DNA of 64,000 bases, from positions 195 through 64,194 of the forward strand of contig CP064973.1 of assembly GCA_016699365.1 (NCBI GenBank). Direction: 5' to 3'. The notes beneath the pieces were generated by a model. That model did no database searches and had not been told where the DNA came from. It saw only the letters and a list, made by a program, of their open reading frames with translations. Position 1 is the stretch's first letter; each line of letters begins with the position of its first letter. This document shows, one piece after another, positions 16,729-24,968 of this stretch. A program made the translations under genes and the position numbers. This stretch comes from Candidatus Nomurabacteria bacterium. Lineage in GTDB: Bacteria; Patescibacteriota; Minisyncoccia; Phycocordibacterales; UBA9973.

Positions 16729-19602
16729 TTATATAACAAAGTTTATTATCCTACCTGGTACATATATCACGCGTTTTATATCTTTGTCTGAAATCCAATT
16801 TTTAACTTTTTCATTGTCTTTTGCCATAGACACAGCTTCATCTTCAGATATGCCGCTTGGCATAGTTATTTCTGCACGAACTTTTCCATTTACCTGAATT
16901 ATTATCAGATTTTCATTGTCTACTATTTTTGAATCATCCCATTTTGGCCAATCGGTAAGGTGGATAGAAGAACTCTCCCCCATTTCGTTCCACAACTCTT
17001 CAGCTATGTGTGGAGCAAAAGGTGCAAGAAGTTTCAATAAAATTTTATAATCATCTTTTGATATTGAATCTTTCTTGTCCAAATCATTTATTAATATCAT
17101 CATTTGAGATATTGCAGTATTGAATTTGAATTCTTCTATATCTTCTGTAATTTTCTTTATAACTTTATGTAGAAGTGTTCCTATATCATTTGCATTGTCT
17201 GAAATTTTTTCTTTTAATTTCCATACACGCTCAATAAATCTTCGCACCCCTACAACCCCATTTGGATCCCATGGATAATTTGTAGTAATACCATAGGGAC
17301 CCATGAATGCTAGGTAAAGTCTAACAGTGTCTGCACCAAGACGCTCCACTATTTCGTCTGGATTTATAACGTTTCCACGACTCTTACTCATCTTCTCTCC
17401 GTCAGGCCCTAGTATAAGCCCACGATTGCGACGTACTGTATAAGCTTCACTGTCTTTTACAAGACCCAGGTCATATAGTGCCTTTGTCCAAAAACGAGAA
17501 TACAGCAAGTGCATAGTTGTATGCTCTGCTCCTCCCATATACAAATCTATAGGCATCCATGCATCCATACTGTCCATGCTCGCAAATTCTTTTTCATTTT
17601 TGTTGTCTAGGTATCTATAGAAGTACCATGAAGAATCTACGAAGGTATCCATAGTTTCTACTTCTGGTTTCCAGCCAGCACCAAATATTTTTTCTGTTCG
17701 TTCAAATAGTTCCTTGCTTCTTGCAAGTGGTGCAGTCCCGTCTGGTGTATGATCTACATCTGTCGGAAGAATCCAAGGCAAGTGTTCGTCTGGTACAGGA
17801 TGTGCATTACCTTCCGGATCATATACTATCGGGATCGGACAACCCCAATACCGCTGACGACTAATACCCCAATCGCGAAGCCGATAAGTCTTTAGTATTT
17901 TTCCACCAACAAATTCTGTGATTTTTATACGAGCTTCTTCGGACCTTAGATTACTGAAATCTCCAGAATCTACTAACACTCCATATGAAGTAATGCATTC
18001 TTCTGTATTGTTTCTAAAAACTCTCCACGGATAACGCATATCTTCACGCATAATAAAATCATGAACTTTTTCGCCATCTACCCATACAAAATCCGCTATA
18101 GATTTTTCTTCTGGAGATACTTCGTCTCTATCTAAATCAGCAAGTTTTACATGCACAATTTTATAATGTGCAAATCGATTGTGTTTTTTAAATACATGAT
18201 AGAAAAGTCCATGAGAGGATTTGTCGAAAACTTTGATTGATGCAATATTTTTGTATCCAGTTTCTTCTGGTATTTCCCGACGCGCTGTTTCTTCTGTAGT
18301 GTGACCCTCTTCTATCCCACCAGTTACAAAACCTTTCCAGTCTACTTGTTTCCAAACTGCACACAAAAATTTATCTTCGGTTGGATGCTCAATAATACAA
18401 ACTATATTTTCTCTTGAAACTTCTTCTATCCCGTCTTGATATGCATCTTTGCCAGGCCCAGTGTTCACATCAATCGGCTCAATCACTTGCCGCATCGACA
18501 AATTGTATTTCTTTGCAAATTCAAAATCTCTCTCATCGTGTGCAGGTACTGCCATAACAGCACCAGTCCCATAACCCGCGAGTACATAGTCTGCAATCCA
18601 GACCGGAACCCATTCTCCGTTTGCAGGATTTATTGCCATAACACCCCCAACCTGAACACCCGTTTTGTTTTTTGATTGTTGACGATCAAGCTCTGATTTC
18701 TTTTTTGTATCTGCAATATATTTTTCTACCTCTTCTAAGTTCCAGATCTTTTCTTTTATTTTTGAAATTAATTCATGTTCAGGAGAGAGAACTATATAAG
18801 TAACTCCAAAAAGCGTGTCTGCGCGTGTTGTAAAAACTGAAACCTTTTCAAAAGGCTCACTTCTACCATTCGGCCATTCAGTCGGGGTATTTGCAATACC
18901 AAATTCAATTTCACTTCCCTCGCTTCTGCTAATCCAGTTTTTTTGTGATTCTTTGATATTCTCGGGCCATGCGAGTTTGTCTAAATCGTCGATTAGTCTA
19001 TCTGCGTATTTTGTAATACGAAGCATCCATTGTGGTTGGTCACGCTGAATTACTTCACTTCCACAACGCTCACATTTATTGTCTACGACTTGCTCGTTTG
19101 CAAGTATAGTCTGATCTTTCGGACACCAATTCACTTTTGTTATCGCTCTGTACACAAGATCATTTTTCAAAAACTGATTGAATATCCACTGTGTCCATCT
19201 GTAGTACTCTGGATCACAAGTTACGACTTCTCTGTCCCATGGAAAACTAGCGCCCATAGTGCGGAGTTGAGCGCGCATCTTTTCCATTTGTTCGTATGTC
19301 CAAACTTTAGGATCAGCACCGAGCTTGATCGCAGCGTTTTCTGCAGGAAGACCAAAGGCATCGAAACCCATCGGATAGAGCACGTTGAATCCTTGCATTC
19401 TCTTATATCTCGCAAAAATATCCGGCACGGAAAAAGCGTACCAGTGTCCTACATGTAGATTGCCCGAAGGATATGAGAACTCTACGAGTTGGTAAAAATT
19501 TTCCTTACCAGGCATTTGATTTGGGACACTGTAAATCCCGTCAGCTTCCCATTTATCCTGCCATTTTTTCTCTATATCTTTGTGGTTGTAATTTTCAGCC
19601 AT
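16729..19602 (-). CDS. leuS: Leucine--tRNA ligase carrying an inserted Nudix hydrolase domain (approx. nt 17998-18418)
   Basis: HVGH (HIGH), KMSKS, AHDERDFEFAKKY editing-domain motif and YRLRDWGISRQRYWG. About 150 extra residues between these contain the Nudix box GGIEEGHTTEETARREIPEETGY (REUxEExGU matched exactly). Confidence 0.9.
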   Translation of the reverse strand: MAENYNHKDIEKKWQDKWEADGIYSVPNQMPGKENFYQLVEFSYPSGNLHVGHWYAFSVPDIFARYKRMQGFNVLYPMGFDAFGLPAENAAIKLGADPKVWTYEQMEKMRAQLRTMGASFPWDREVVTCDPEYYRWTQWIFNQFLKNDLVYRAITKVNWCPKDQTILANEQVVDNKCERCGSEVIQRDQPQWMLRITKYADRLIDDLDKLAWPENIKESQKNWISRSEGSEIEFGIANTPTEWPNGRSEPFEKVSVFTTRADTLFGVTYIVLSPEHELISKIKEKIWNLEEVEKYIADTKKKSELDRQQSKNKTGVQVGGVMAINPANGEWVPVWIADYVLAGYGTGAVMAVPAHDERDFEFAKKYNLSMRQVIEPIDVNTGPGKDAYQDGIEEVSRENIVCIIEHPTEDKFLCAVWKQVDWKGFVTGGIEEGHTTEETARREIPEETGYKNIASIKVFDKSSHGLFYHVFKKHNRFAHYKIVHVKLADLDRDEVSPEEKSIADFVWVDGEKVHDFIMREDMRYPWRVFRNNTEECITSYGVLVDSGDFSNLRSEEARIKITEFVGGKILKTYRLRDWGISRQRYWGCPIPIVYDPEGNAHPVPDEHLPWILPTDVDHTPDGTAPLARSKELFERTEKIFGAGWKPEVETMDTFVDSSWYFYRYLDNKNEKEFASMDSMDAWMPIDLYMGGAEHTTMHLLYSRFWTKALYDLGLVKDSEAYTVRRNRGLILGPDGEKMSKSRGNVINPDEIVERLGADTVRLYLAFMGPYGITTNYPWDPNGVVGVRRFIERVWKLKEKISDNANDIGTLLHKVIKKITEDIEEFKFNTAISQMMILINDLDKKDSISKDDYKILLKLLAPFAPHIAEELWNEMGESSSIHLTDWPKWDDSKIVDNENLIIIQVNGKVRAEITMPSGISEDEAVSMAKDNEKVKNWISDKDIKRVIYVPGRIINFVI

Positions 19603-19659
19603 TCGTCTATAAAATATATCAGAAAAATATATTTTATGCGATTTTAATTTAATAGAGAG

Positions 19660-19687
19660 TTGACAATATCAGTATTTTTGTTATAAT
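19660..19687 (+). promoter_or_regulatory. Sigma-70-like promoter (TTGACA, 16-nt spacer, TATAAT) upstream of a small membrane-protein gene
   Basis: Exact consensus hexamers at 19660-19665 and 19682-19687; ATG at 19702. Confidence 0.45.
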
Positions 19688-19701
19688 ATAAAAAAACTGA
19701 T

Positions 19702-19890
19702 ATGAAAGAAATTTTAGAAGATAACGGCCTTTATGGTGTGACTTATTTTTTCATGACCCTTGTAGTTGCTGGAATTGCACAGGGTAAAAACAGGACAAGT
19801 TTTGCGTGGTGGTTGGCAAGTCTTATTCTTACACCACCGATTGTTTTGTTTATACTTGTTGTATTTGTAGAAAAAAGAAAAGTTGAATAA
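19702..19890 (+). CDS. Small two-TM membrane protein (62 aa, hypothetical)
   Basis: ORF preceded by a consensus promoter and followed by a terminator. Confidence 0.45.
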   Translation: MKEILEDNGLYGVTYFFMTLVVAGIAQGKNRTSFAWWLASLILTPPIVLFILVVFVEKRKVE

Positions 19891-19907
19891 ATGTTCAACT
19901 TGCAACA

Positions 19908-19936
19908 AAAAAACCCTCGAAATTTCGAGGGTTTTA
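19908..19936 (+). terminator. Rho-independent terminator (ccctcgaaatttcgaggg + TTTT)
   Basis: Perfect 7-bp GC-rich stem plus T-run. Confidence 0.6.
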
Positions 19937-19944
19937 AAATTATT

Positions 19945-20202
19945 TTATTTTGGTCTGGCAGCTAAAAAAGATTGAACACCAGCGATTCCTTTCCATGGAT
20001 ATATAGAAGCGGGATCGTGTAGTACCACCTCTTCGTCTTCATTGTAAATCGTGGTGTATTCTACACCTGATTCGTCAAGCAATATTTTTGCGGCTTGCCC
20101 CATCTTACCAACTGGTCTAGATAGGACGATTTGATTTTGATTATCCTCCATATAAATGAAATTTAAAAAAGTATACCACATAAGAATATTTTGTATAAAC
20201 AA
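19945..20202 (-). CDS. Hypothetical small protein
   Basis: ORF only; no family recognised. Confidence 0.3.
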   Translation of the reverse strand: MFIQNILMWYTFLNFIYMEDNQNQIVLSRPVGKMGQAAKILLDESGVEYTTIYNEDEEVVLHDPASIYPWKGIAGVQSFLAARPK

Positions 20203-20252
20203 GTCAAAAAGGTATACTATACATGCTTATAAAAAATTTTTATATATAAATT

Positions 20253-20777
20253 ATGTCTAACCGAGAAAGACTACAAAAAAAGGGTTCAGACTTGATAGAA
20301 GGTGCTTCTGTCAAAGCTACAAAATGGATTGGCTCCGTTGCTTCACTTGTAGTACACACTATACTTTTTATTGGTGCTTTTTTGCTTATTCTAGTTGGTT
20401 TCGAACGTGACACCATACTTCTAGTTGTTACTACCATCGTCTCACTTGAAGCAATATACCTGTCTATATTCATCCAGATGACAGTGAACCGCCATACAGA
20501 AGAGCTTCATGATGTGTCAGAGGATGTGGAAGAGATTCAAAAAGATGTCGATGAAATCCAAGAGGATGTGGAAGAGATTCAAAAAGATGTCGATGAAATC
20601 CAAGAGGATGTGGAAGACTTGGGAGAAGATGTGGATGAGATAAGCGGAGATTCAAACCTGACCCTAGACCAAAAAACAGAACGTATTGCAAAAGATATAG
20701 AGATTCTAAAAAATATTGAGGAAAGACTTCGTGAACTATCGGTTCATCTCGCAGATATAAAGAAGAAAAAAGAATAA
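20253..20777 (+). CDS. Membrane protein with an acidic tandem-repeat coiled-coil tail (hypothetical)
   Basis: Two TM helices, then EDVEEIQKDVDEIQ repeats. Confidence 0.5.
   Translation: MSNRERLQKKGSDLIEGASVKATKWIGSVASLVVHTILFIGAFLLILVGFERDTILLVVTTIVSLEAIYLSIFIQMTVNRHTEELHDVSEDVEEIQKDVDEIQEDVEEIQKDVDEIQEDVEDLGEDVDEISGDSNLTLDQKTERIAKDIEILKNIEERLRELSVHLADIKKKKE
20520..20625 (+). repeat. Perfect 42-bp in-frame tandem repeat (2.5 copies) inside the 20253-20777 CDS
   Basis: gaggatgtggaagagattcaaaaagatgtcgatgaaatccaa repeated exactly at 20520-20561 and 20562-20603, partial third copy. Confidence 0.85.
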
Positions 20778-20785
20778 AAATATAA

Positions 20786-20814
20786 AATCCCGACTATGTC
20801 GGGATTTTATATTT
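20786..20814 (+). terminator. Rho-independent terminator (aaatcccgac-tatg-tcgggattt)
   Basis: Hairpin plus T-run after the stop at 20777. Confidence 0.55.
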
Positions 20815-20856
20815 TAAATCAAGAAAGGCTTTTAAGACGGGGGTCGAGCTCATCTT

Positions 20857-21273
20857 CTAATCGAAATTTTCTACAATATCATTAAAAACATTACTCTCAT
20901 TTTTATCATCGTCAAAAGAATTATAATTATCTAAGATTTCTTCTCCAATTTGAATATCTCTTACCGCAACTGTAACCACCTCTTCTTCATTGTCTCTATA
21001 TTCCGATAAAGCATTCGGATCGTCTGAGTGATTGAAATATTTACCATTATCGGAAGACAAGCAATATAAGCCACTCTTCTTACTTCTCCAGCAATATTTG
21101 TATGCATAAATTTGGAGCAAATCTGGAAAGTTTAAAATCTGCTCTCGTGTAAACTTTTGATCAAAACCTGGAGTAAACCTCCAAATTTCAGTTCCCTTTG
21201 GAATAAACTCATCTGCAAAAAGACCGATCCCGTGAATTTTGCTTTGAGCAATCTTATTTTTAACAAGCAACAT
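20857..21273 (-). CDS. SET-domain protein (putative lysine methyltransferase)
   Basis: GIGLFA...KGTEI, YFNHSDDPN (NHSC-like motif), EEIL.NY post-SET-like end. Confidence 0.7.
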   Translation of the reverse strand: MLLVKNKIAQSKIHGIGLFADEFIPKGTEIWRFTPGFDQKFTREQILNFPDLLQIYAYKYCWRSKKSGLYCLSSDNGKYFNHSDDPNALSEYRDNEEEVVTVAVRDIQIGEEILDNYNSFDDDKNESNVFNDIVENFD

Positions 21274-21279
21274 AGTCTT

Positions 21280-22389
21280 TTATATTTTAAACTCAATCAC
21301 ATCCCCGTCTTTTACGATGTATTCCTTCCCTTCTGTTCTAACTTTTCCCTTCGCTCTCGCCTCTCCATATGAACCTGCATCAAGCAAATCCTGCCAATAC
21401 ACCACCTCTGCACGGATAAACTTATCTTTAAAGTCTGTATGTATTGCCTGGCCTGCAACTGGTGCAGTTGAATTTTGTTTTATTGTCCATGCACGAGTTT
21501 CATCCTCTCCTGTAGTAAAGTAACTCATCAGGTTAAGTAGCTTGTATCCTTCAGTAATCAGGTCGTTTATTCCATCATGCTCCCCACCAAGCTCTGCACG
21601 AAACATTGCTTTTTCTTCACCTTCAAAATCTTTGAGTTCGTCTTCTATCTTTGCATCTACTAAAACCCATCGAGCGCCAGTAGACTCAACAAAATCTGTA
21701 ACTTCTTTGAAAAGTTCCGGATTCATTTTATCCAAATTTTCTGCTCCAGCGCGTTTATTGAAACCATATAGTATTGGCTTGAAAGTTAGTAAATTCAACT
21801 GACGAACTTTTACAATCTCTTTTTCGTCAAATGAAATTGTGTTTACCATTTTTTCCGCCTCAAGAGTTTCGATAATTTTTTTCAAAATACTTTCTTCTAA
21901 AATAGCTTCTTTATCTCCCTTCTTTACATCTTTTCCGATATTACTAAGTCTCTTTGATGCAGTTTCCAAATCAGCAAGTATAAGCTCATAGTTTATAACC
22001 TTGATATCGCGCAATGGATCAATGTTTCCATACACATGCATGATTTCTTTGTTGTCACTCTTGAGCGGAAAAATACGCACCATTTCAAATATGGCATCTA
22101 CTTCTCTTATATGAGAAAGGAATTGGTTGCCCAAGCCTTCACCCTTACTTGCACCTGCCACAAGTCCTGCGATGTCTACGAATTCTATCGCACCGGGAAT
22201 AGTTTTTTTAGATTTTGAAAATTCTGAAAGTTTCCAAATGCGCTCATCTGGAACAGCTACGATTCCAACAGACGGATCGATTGTGCAAAATGGATAGTTT
22301 TCTGCTGGGACACCTTTTTTAGTCAGCGCGTTAAAAAGCGTCGACTTTCCGACGTTGGGTAAACCAACAATTCCGATAGATAAGCTCAT
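21280..22389 (-). CDS. ychF: Ribosome-binding ATPase YchF (Obg-family)
   Basis: IGIVGLPNVGKSTLFNALT G1 motif, TGS domain at C-terminus. Confidence 0.9.
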   Translation of the reverse strand: MSLSIGIVGLPNVGKSTLFNALTKKGVPAENYPFCTIDPSVGIVAVPDERIWKLSEFSKSKKTIPGAIEFVDIAGLVAGASKGEGLGNQFLSHIREVDAIFEMVRIFPLKSDNKEIMHVYGNIDPLRDIKVINYELILADLETASKRLSNIGKDVKKGDKEAILEESILKKIIETLEAEKMVNTISFDEKEIVKVRQLNLLTFKPILYGFNKRAGAENLDKMNPELFKEVTDFVESTGARWVLVDAKIEDELKDFEGEEKAMFRAELGGEHDGINDLITEGYKLLNLMSYFTTGEDETRAWTIKQNSTAPVAGQAIHTDFKDKFIRAEVVYWQDLLDAGSYGEARAKGKVRTEGKEYIVKDGDVIEFKI

Positions 22390-22407
22390 GTTTAGATAAT
22401 TTTACAA

Positions 22408-22635
22408 TTATTGTTTTGTAAGTAAGTCTCTCAGCTCAGACTGATATTTTTTCATAACCACCATAGAAGCCATAGTTTCATTCATACCGCTCTTTGTGTG
22501 AGCTTCAACCTCACTTTGGATTTTTTTGAAAAGCTCAGGGTTTTTTTCCATGATTGTCATAATCATATCTATCTGATCATCGGAAACACCTTTTGCTTTT
22601 AACATTTTGCGCACAAAAAAAGTTTTGATTGACAT
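22408..22635 (-). CDS. Hypothetical small protein
   Basis: ORF only. Confidence 0.3.
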   Translation of the reverse strand: MSIKTFFVRKMLKAKGVSDDQIDMIMTIMEKNPELFKKIQSEVEAHTKSGMNETMASMVVMKKYQSELRDLLTKQ

Positions 22636-22720
22636 GGACGTACTATACCACAACCCACTTTTTGATTCTATTTGACTAAAATGGATTTACGTGATATTAT
22701 ACAGAAAACGTACAAAAAAT

Positions 22721-23381
22721 ATGAAGAAAATCGTAACTACCTTATTGATGGCAATCTCTATTTGCATCCCCTATTTTTTCTCAATGGTCTGACATATCCG
22801 CATGGGTATCAAGACCTCTTTCAACACCTGAGGCTACAGCTTCACCATTTATCTGGTATGAAGCAGTTACAAGCGAAAACTTGTTCATCGACCTCCGTTA
22901 TGGATTCGACTGGAACAACACCATGGGCTTATATGTAGGTCCAAATCTGCAAAACGAATCTGCGAGCCTGTGGGCATCACCCCAGATTGGATTACTTTAT
23001 TCAGCAGATCCGAGTGGGTTCAATGGTTTTGGCCCGGAAGTAGAATTTGGTGGTGAAAACGTAGACTCGAGTGGTTTACAGTATTCTTTTTATGGACTCG
23101 GCCAATACGCTCATACGAGTTGTGATGAAGCCAGCTTCTTTTATGGATACCTCGAGATGTTTTGGGAGCCGACCGATTATTTAAAAATCGGATATGCAGG
23201 GCAGGCCATAAGCACGACAGGGACCGACGAAGGTTCACCGCTCGCGTACCATTGGATAGAAACCGGGCCGGTAGTAAAAATAACTTTGTTTGAAAAGTTT
23301 TATTTCAAGCCGTGGTTCGTATGGTCAACATCTACCGCCTACGATCAAAAAATCGTAGCAGGAATCGGATATACATTCTGA
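22721..23381 (+). pseudogene. Secreted beta-barrel-like protein (OMP-like, C-terminal GYTF), signal peptide separated from the body by a frameshift at a T6 run (22774-22779)
   Basis: MKKIVTTLLMAISICIPYFFS signal peptide in one frame; body in the +1 frame is open from 22749 to 23381 with alternating hydrophobic beta pattern and terminal Phe; by eye roughly 10 points GC-richer than the flanks (no count made). Confidence 0.5.
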
Positions 23382-23402
23382 TAAGCCTCTACGTAAATAT
23401 AT

Positions 23403-23430
23403 AACCCTCTCGAAAACGAGAGGGTTTTGT
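23403..23430 (+). terminator. Rho-independent terminator (ccctctcgaaaacgagaggg + TTTTGTT)
   Basis: Perfect hairpin plus T-run. Confidence 0.6.
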
Positions 23431-23442
23431 TATACTTCGTTT

Positions 23443-24024
23443 ATGTCACGAGCAGAAGAATTAAATCAAATTCATAAAAAATGGTCTGCGAAATGTAAAT
23501 GTGGTCTTAAAAAAACTGCAAAACAAGCAGTATTTGGTGATGGAAATAGTAGTGCAAAAATAGTTTTCATAGGCGAAGCTCCTGGCAAGAAAGAAGATGG
23601 AACTGGAGTCCCTTTTGTTGGGTCTGCAGGAAAATTTTTGAGTGAGATGCTTGAGTCTATAAAAATGAAACGTGATGATGTATATATTACAAACATCGTA
23701 AAATATCGCCCACCAGAAAATCGCGATCCGACCTCAAAAGAAAAAGAAGATTGTCGTGAGTGGTTATACGAGGAACTAAAATTTATAAAACCAGAACTAA
23801 TAGTCTTCTTGGGTCGCCACTCAATGAACGACTTTTTCCCAGACTTAAAAATATCTGACGCTCACGGAAAACTAATTCATAAAAAATTCGCCGACTTCCC
23901 TACTGAAAATTTCCTACCTCTCTATCACCCAGCTGCTGCGCTCTACAACGGAAGTATGAGAGAAACCTTGATAAAAGACTTTCGCAAAATCCCAAAAATT
24001 TTAGACAAAATTAAAACCCGCTAA
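23443..24024 (+). CDS. Uracil-DNA glycosylase, family 4
   Basis: GEAPG..ED..G.PFVG.AG motif A; HPAA..Y motif B; Cys cluster near N-terminus. Confidence 0.82.
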   Translation: MSRAEELNQIHKKWSAKCKCGLKKTAKQAVFGDGNSSAKIVFIGEAPGKKEDGTGVPFVGSAGKFLSEMLESIKMKRDDVYITNIVKYRPPENRDPTSKEKEDCREWLYEELKFIKPELIVFLGRHSMNDFFPDLKISDAHGKLIHKKFADFPTENFLPLYHPAAALYNGSMRETLIKDFRKIPKILDKIKTR

Positions 24025-24040
24025 AATAGCGGGTTTGTTT

Positions 24041-24881
24041 TTATTGACCAGAGAGAGTTTTGAATCTTTTCTTCTTTTCCACAACGGTCTTTAAAAATTC
24101 CTGACCAGTCGCTTCAATGAAATCAAGTACGGTCTGAACTTCAACCTCACTAAATTCATTGTTCTCGTATCCAGCAAAAGCATCTTCAATGCTTTTTATC
24201 ATCGCCTTATTGTAGGCGTTGAACCTTTGCTTGATATTACCCTTGAAATTTCTAATTGAGTAATGCTTCTTCCTCTTTACTCCTTTTCTGTCTTTCAACA
24301 TCAAGGCGAGCTGGTTTTCATCCACACCAAACTGGGTAGCAGCTTCTGATACATTGATTTTTTGAGTACCCATTGCATCCAGAGCTTTTACTATCTGTCG
24401 CTCTTTATGTTTTTGAACAACCATATCGGCATAATTTTTTGCCATTTTAGGAGGCATGACTTCACTCAACCTTGCTACAACTTCACGTTTTTTATATCCA
24501 GTAACTTCATAAAGCTGTTTAGCTGTATACAGAAAATCTTCGTGGGTCATCGGCTTTGAAGATTTAACATCTTCAGAGATAGCGTCGATAATCATGTCCG
24601 CCTCATTGTCGTATGTCTTGATATGACACTTGATGGTCTGAAAATCAGCTAGTAATCGTCCCTGAATACGGTGACGACCCTTTACCAATTTGTATTTACC
24701 AGGCTTTTCTTCACCAAATGGTGTTACAGTAATAGGATCAACATCAACATTATTGGCATACAGAGCAGCTAATTGCTCAACCCATGCCTGATCAAGCTTT
24801 TTACGAAAATTTCTTGTCGTAATAATGTCTTCAATTTTGATTTCCTTGGGGGAGGTTTTTACGGTAGTAGCTATAATTCAT
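24041..24881 (-). CDS. ParB-like nuclease (ParB/Srx N-domain) plus HTH protein; ATG at 24881 is out of frame with the body across a G5 run (24848-24852)
   Basis: PITVTPFGEEKPGKYKLVKGRHRIQGRLLADFQTIKCHI matches the ParB N-domain (GxRR/HRxxA box). Body frame is open upstream to 24885 but has no ATG; a 1-nt change in the homopolymer joins the ATG. Confidence 0.5.
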
Positions 24882-24939
24882 ATTCTTTTTTTGTGAACTT
24901 ATGTATTCTGTATATCACATATTACAAAAATGTCAAATA

Positions 24940-24966
24940 TAAAACCCCGCAAAATTGCGGGGTTAT
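24940..24966 (-). terminator. Terminator hairpin (aaccccgcaaaattgcggggtt) after the 541-aa gene
   Basis: Palindrome followed by T-run on the minus strand. Confidence 0.55.
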
Positions 24967-24968
24967 TT

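Noticed and set aside
20470-20691. 73-aa minus-strand ORF with repeated LPHPLGFHRHLFES
   Set aside because: It is a mirror translation of the 42-bp tandem repeat inside the plus-strand membrane-protein gene; the repeated peptide is an artefact.
22672-22938. 88-aa plus-strand ORF (TTG/ATG start)
   Set aside because: It is in the third frame, between the signal-peptide frame and the body frame of the beta-barrel-like gene. Its translation (..LRLQLHHLSGMKQLQAKTCSS..) is not protein-like; it is an artefact of reading across the frameshifted gene.
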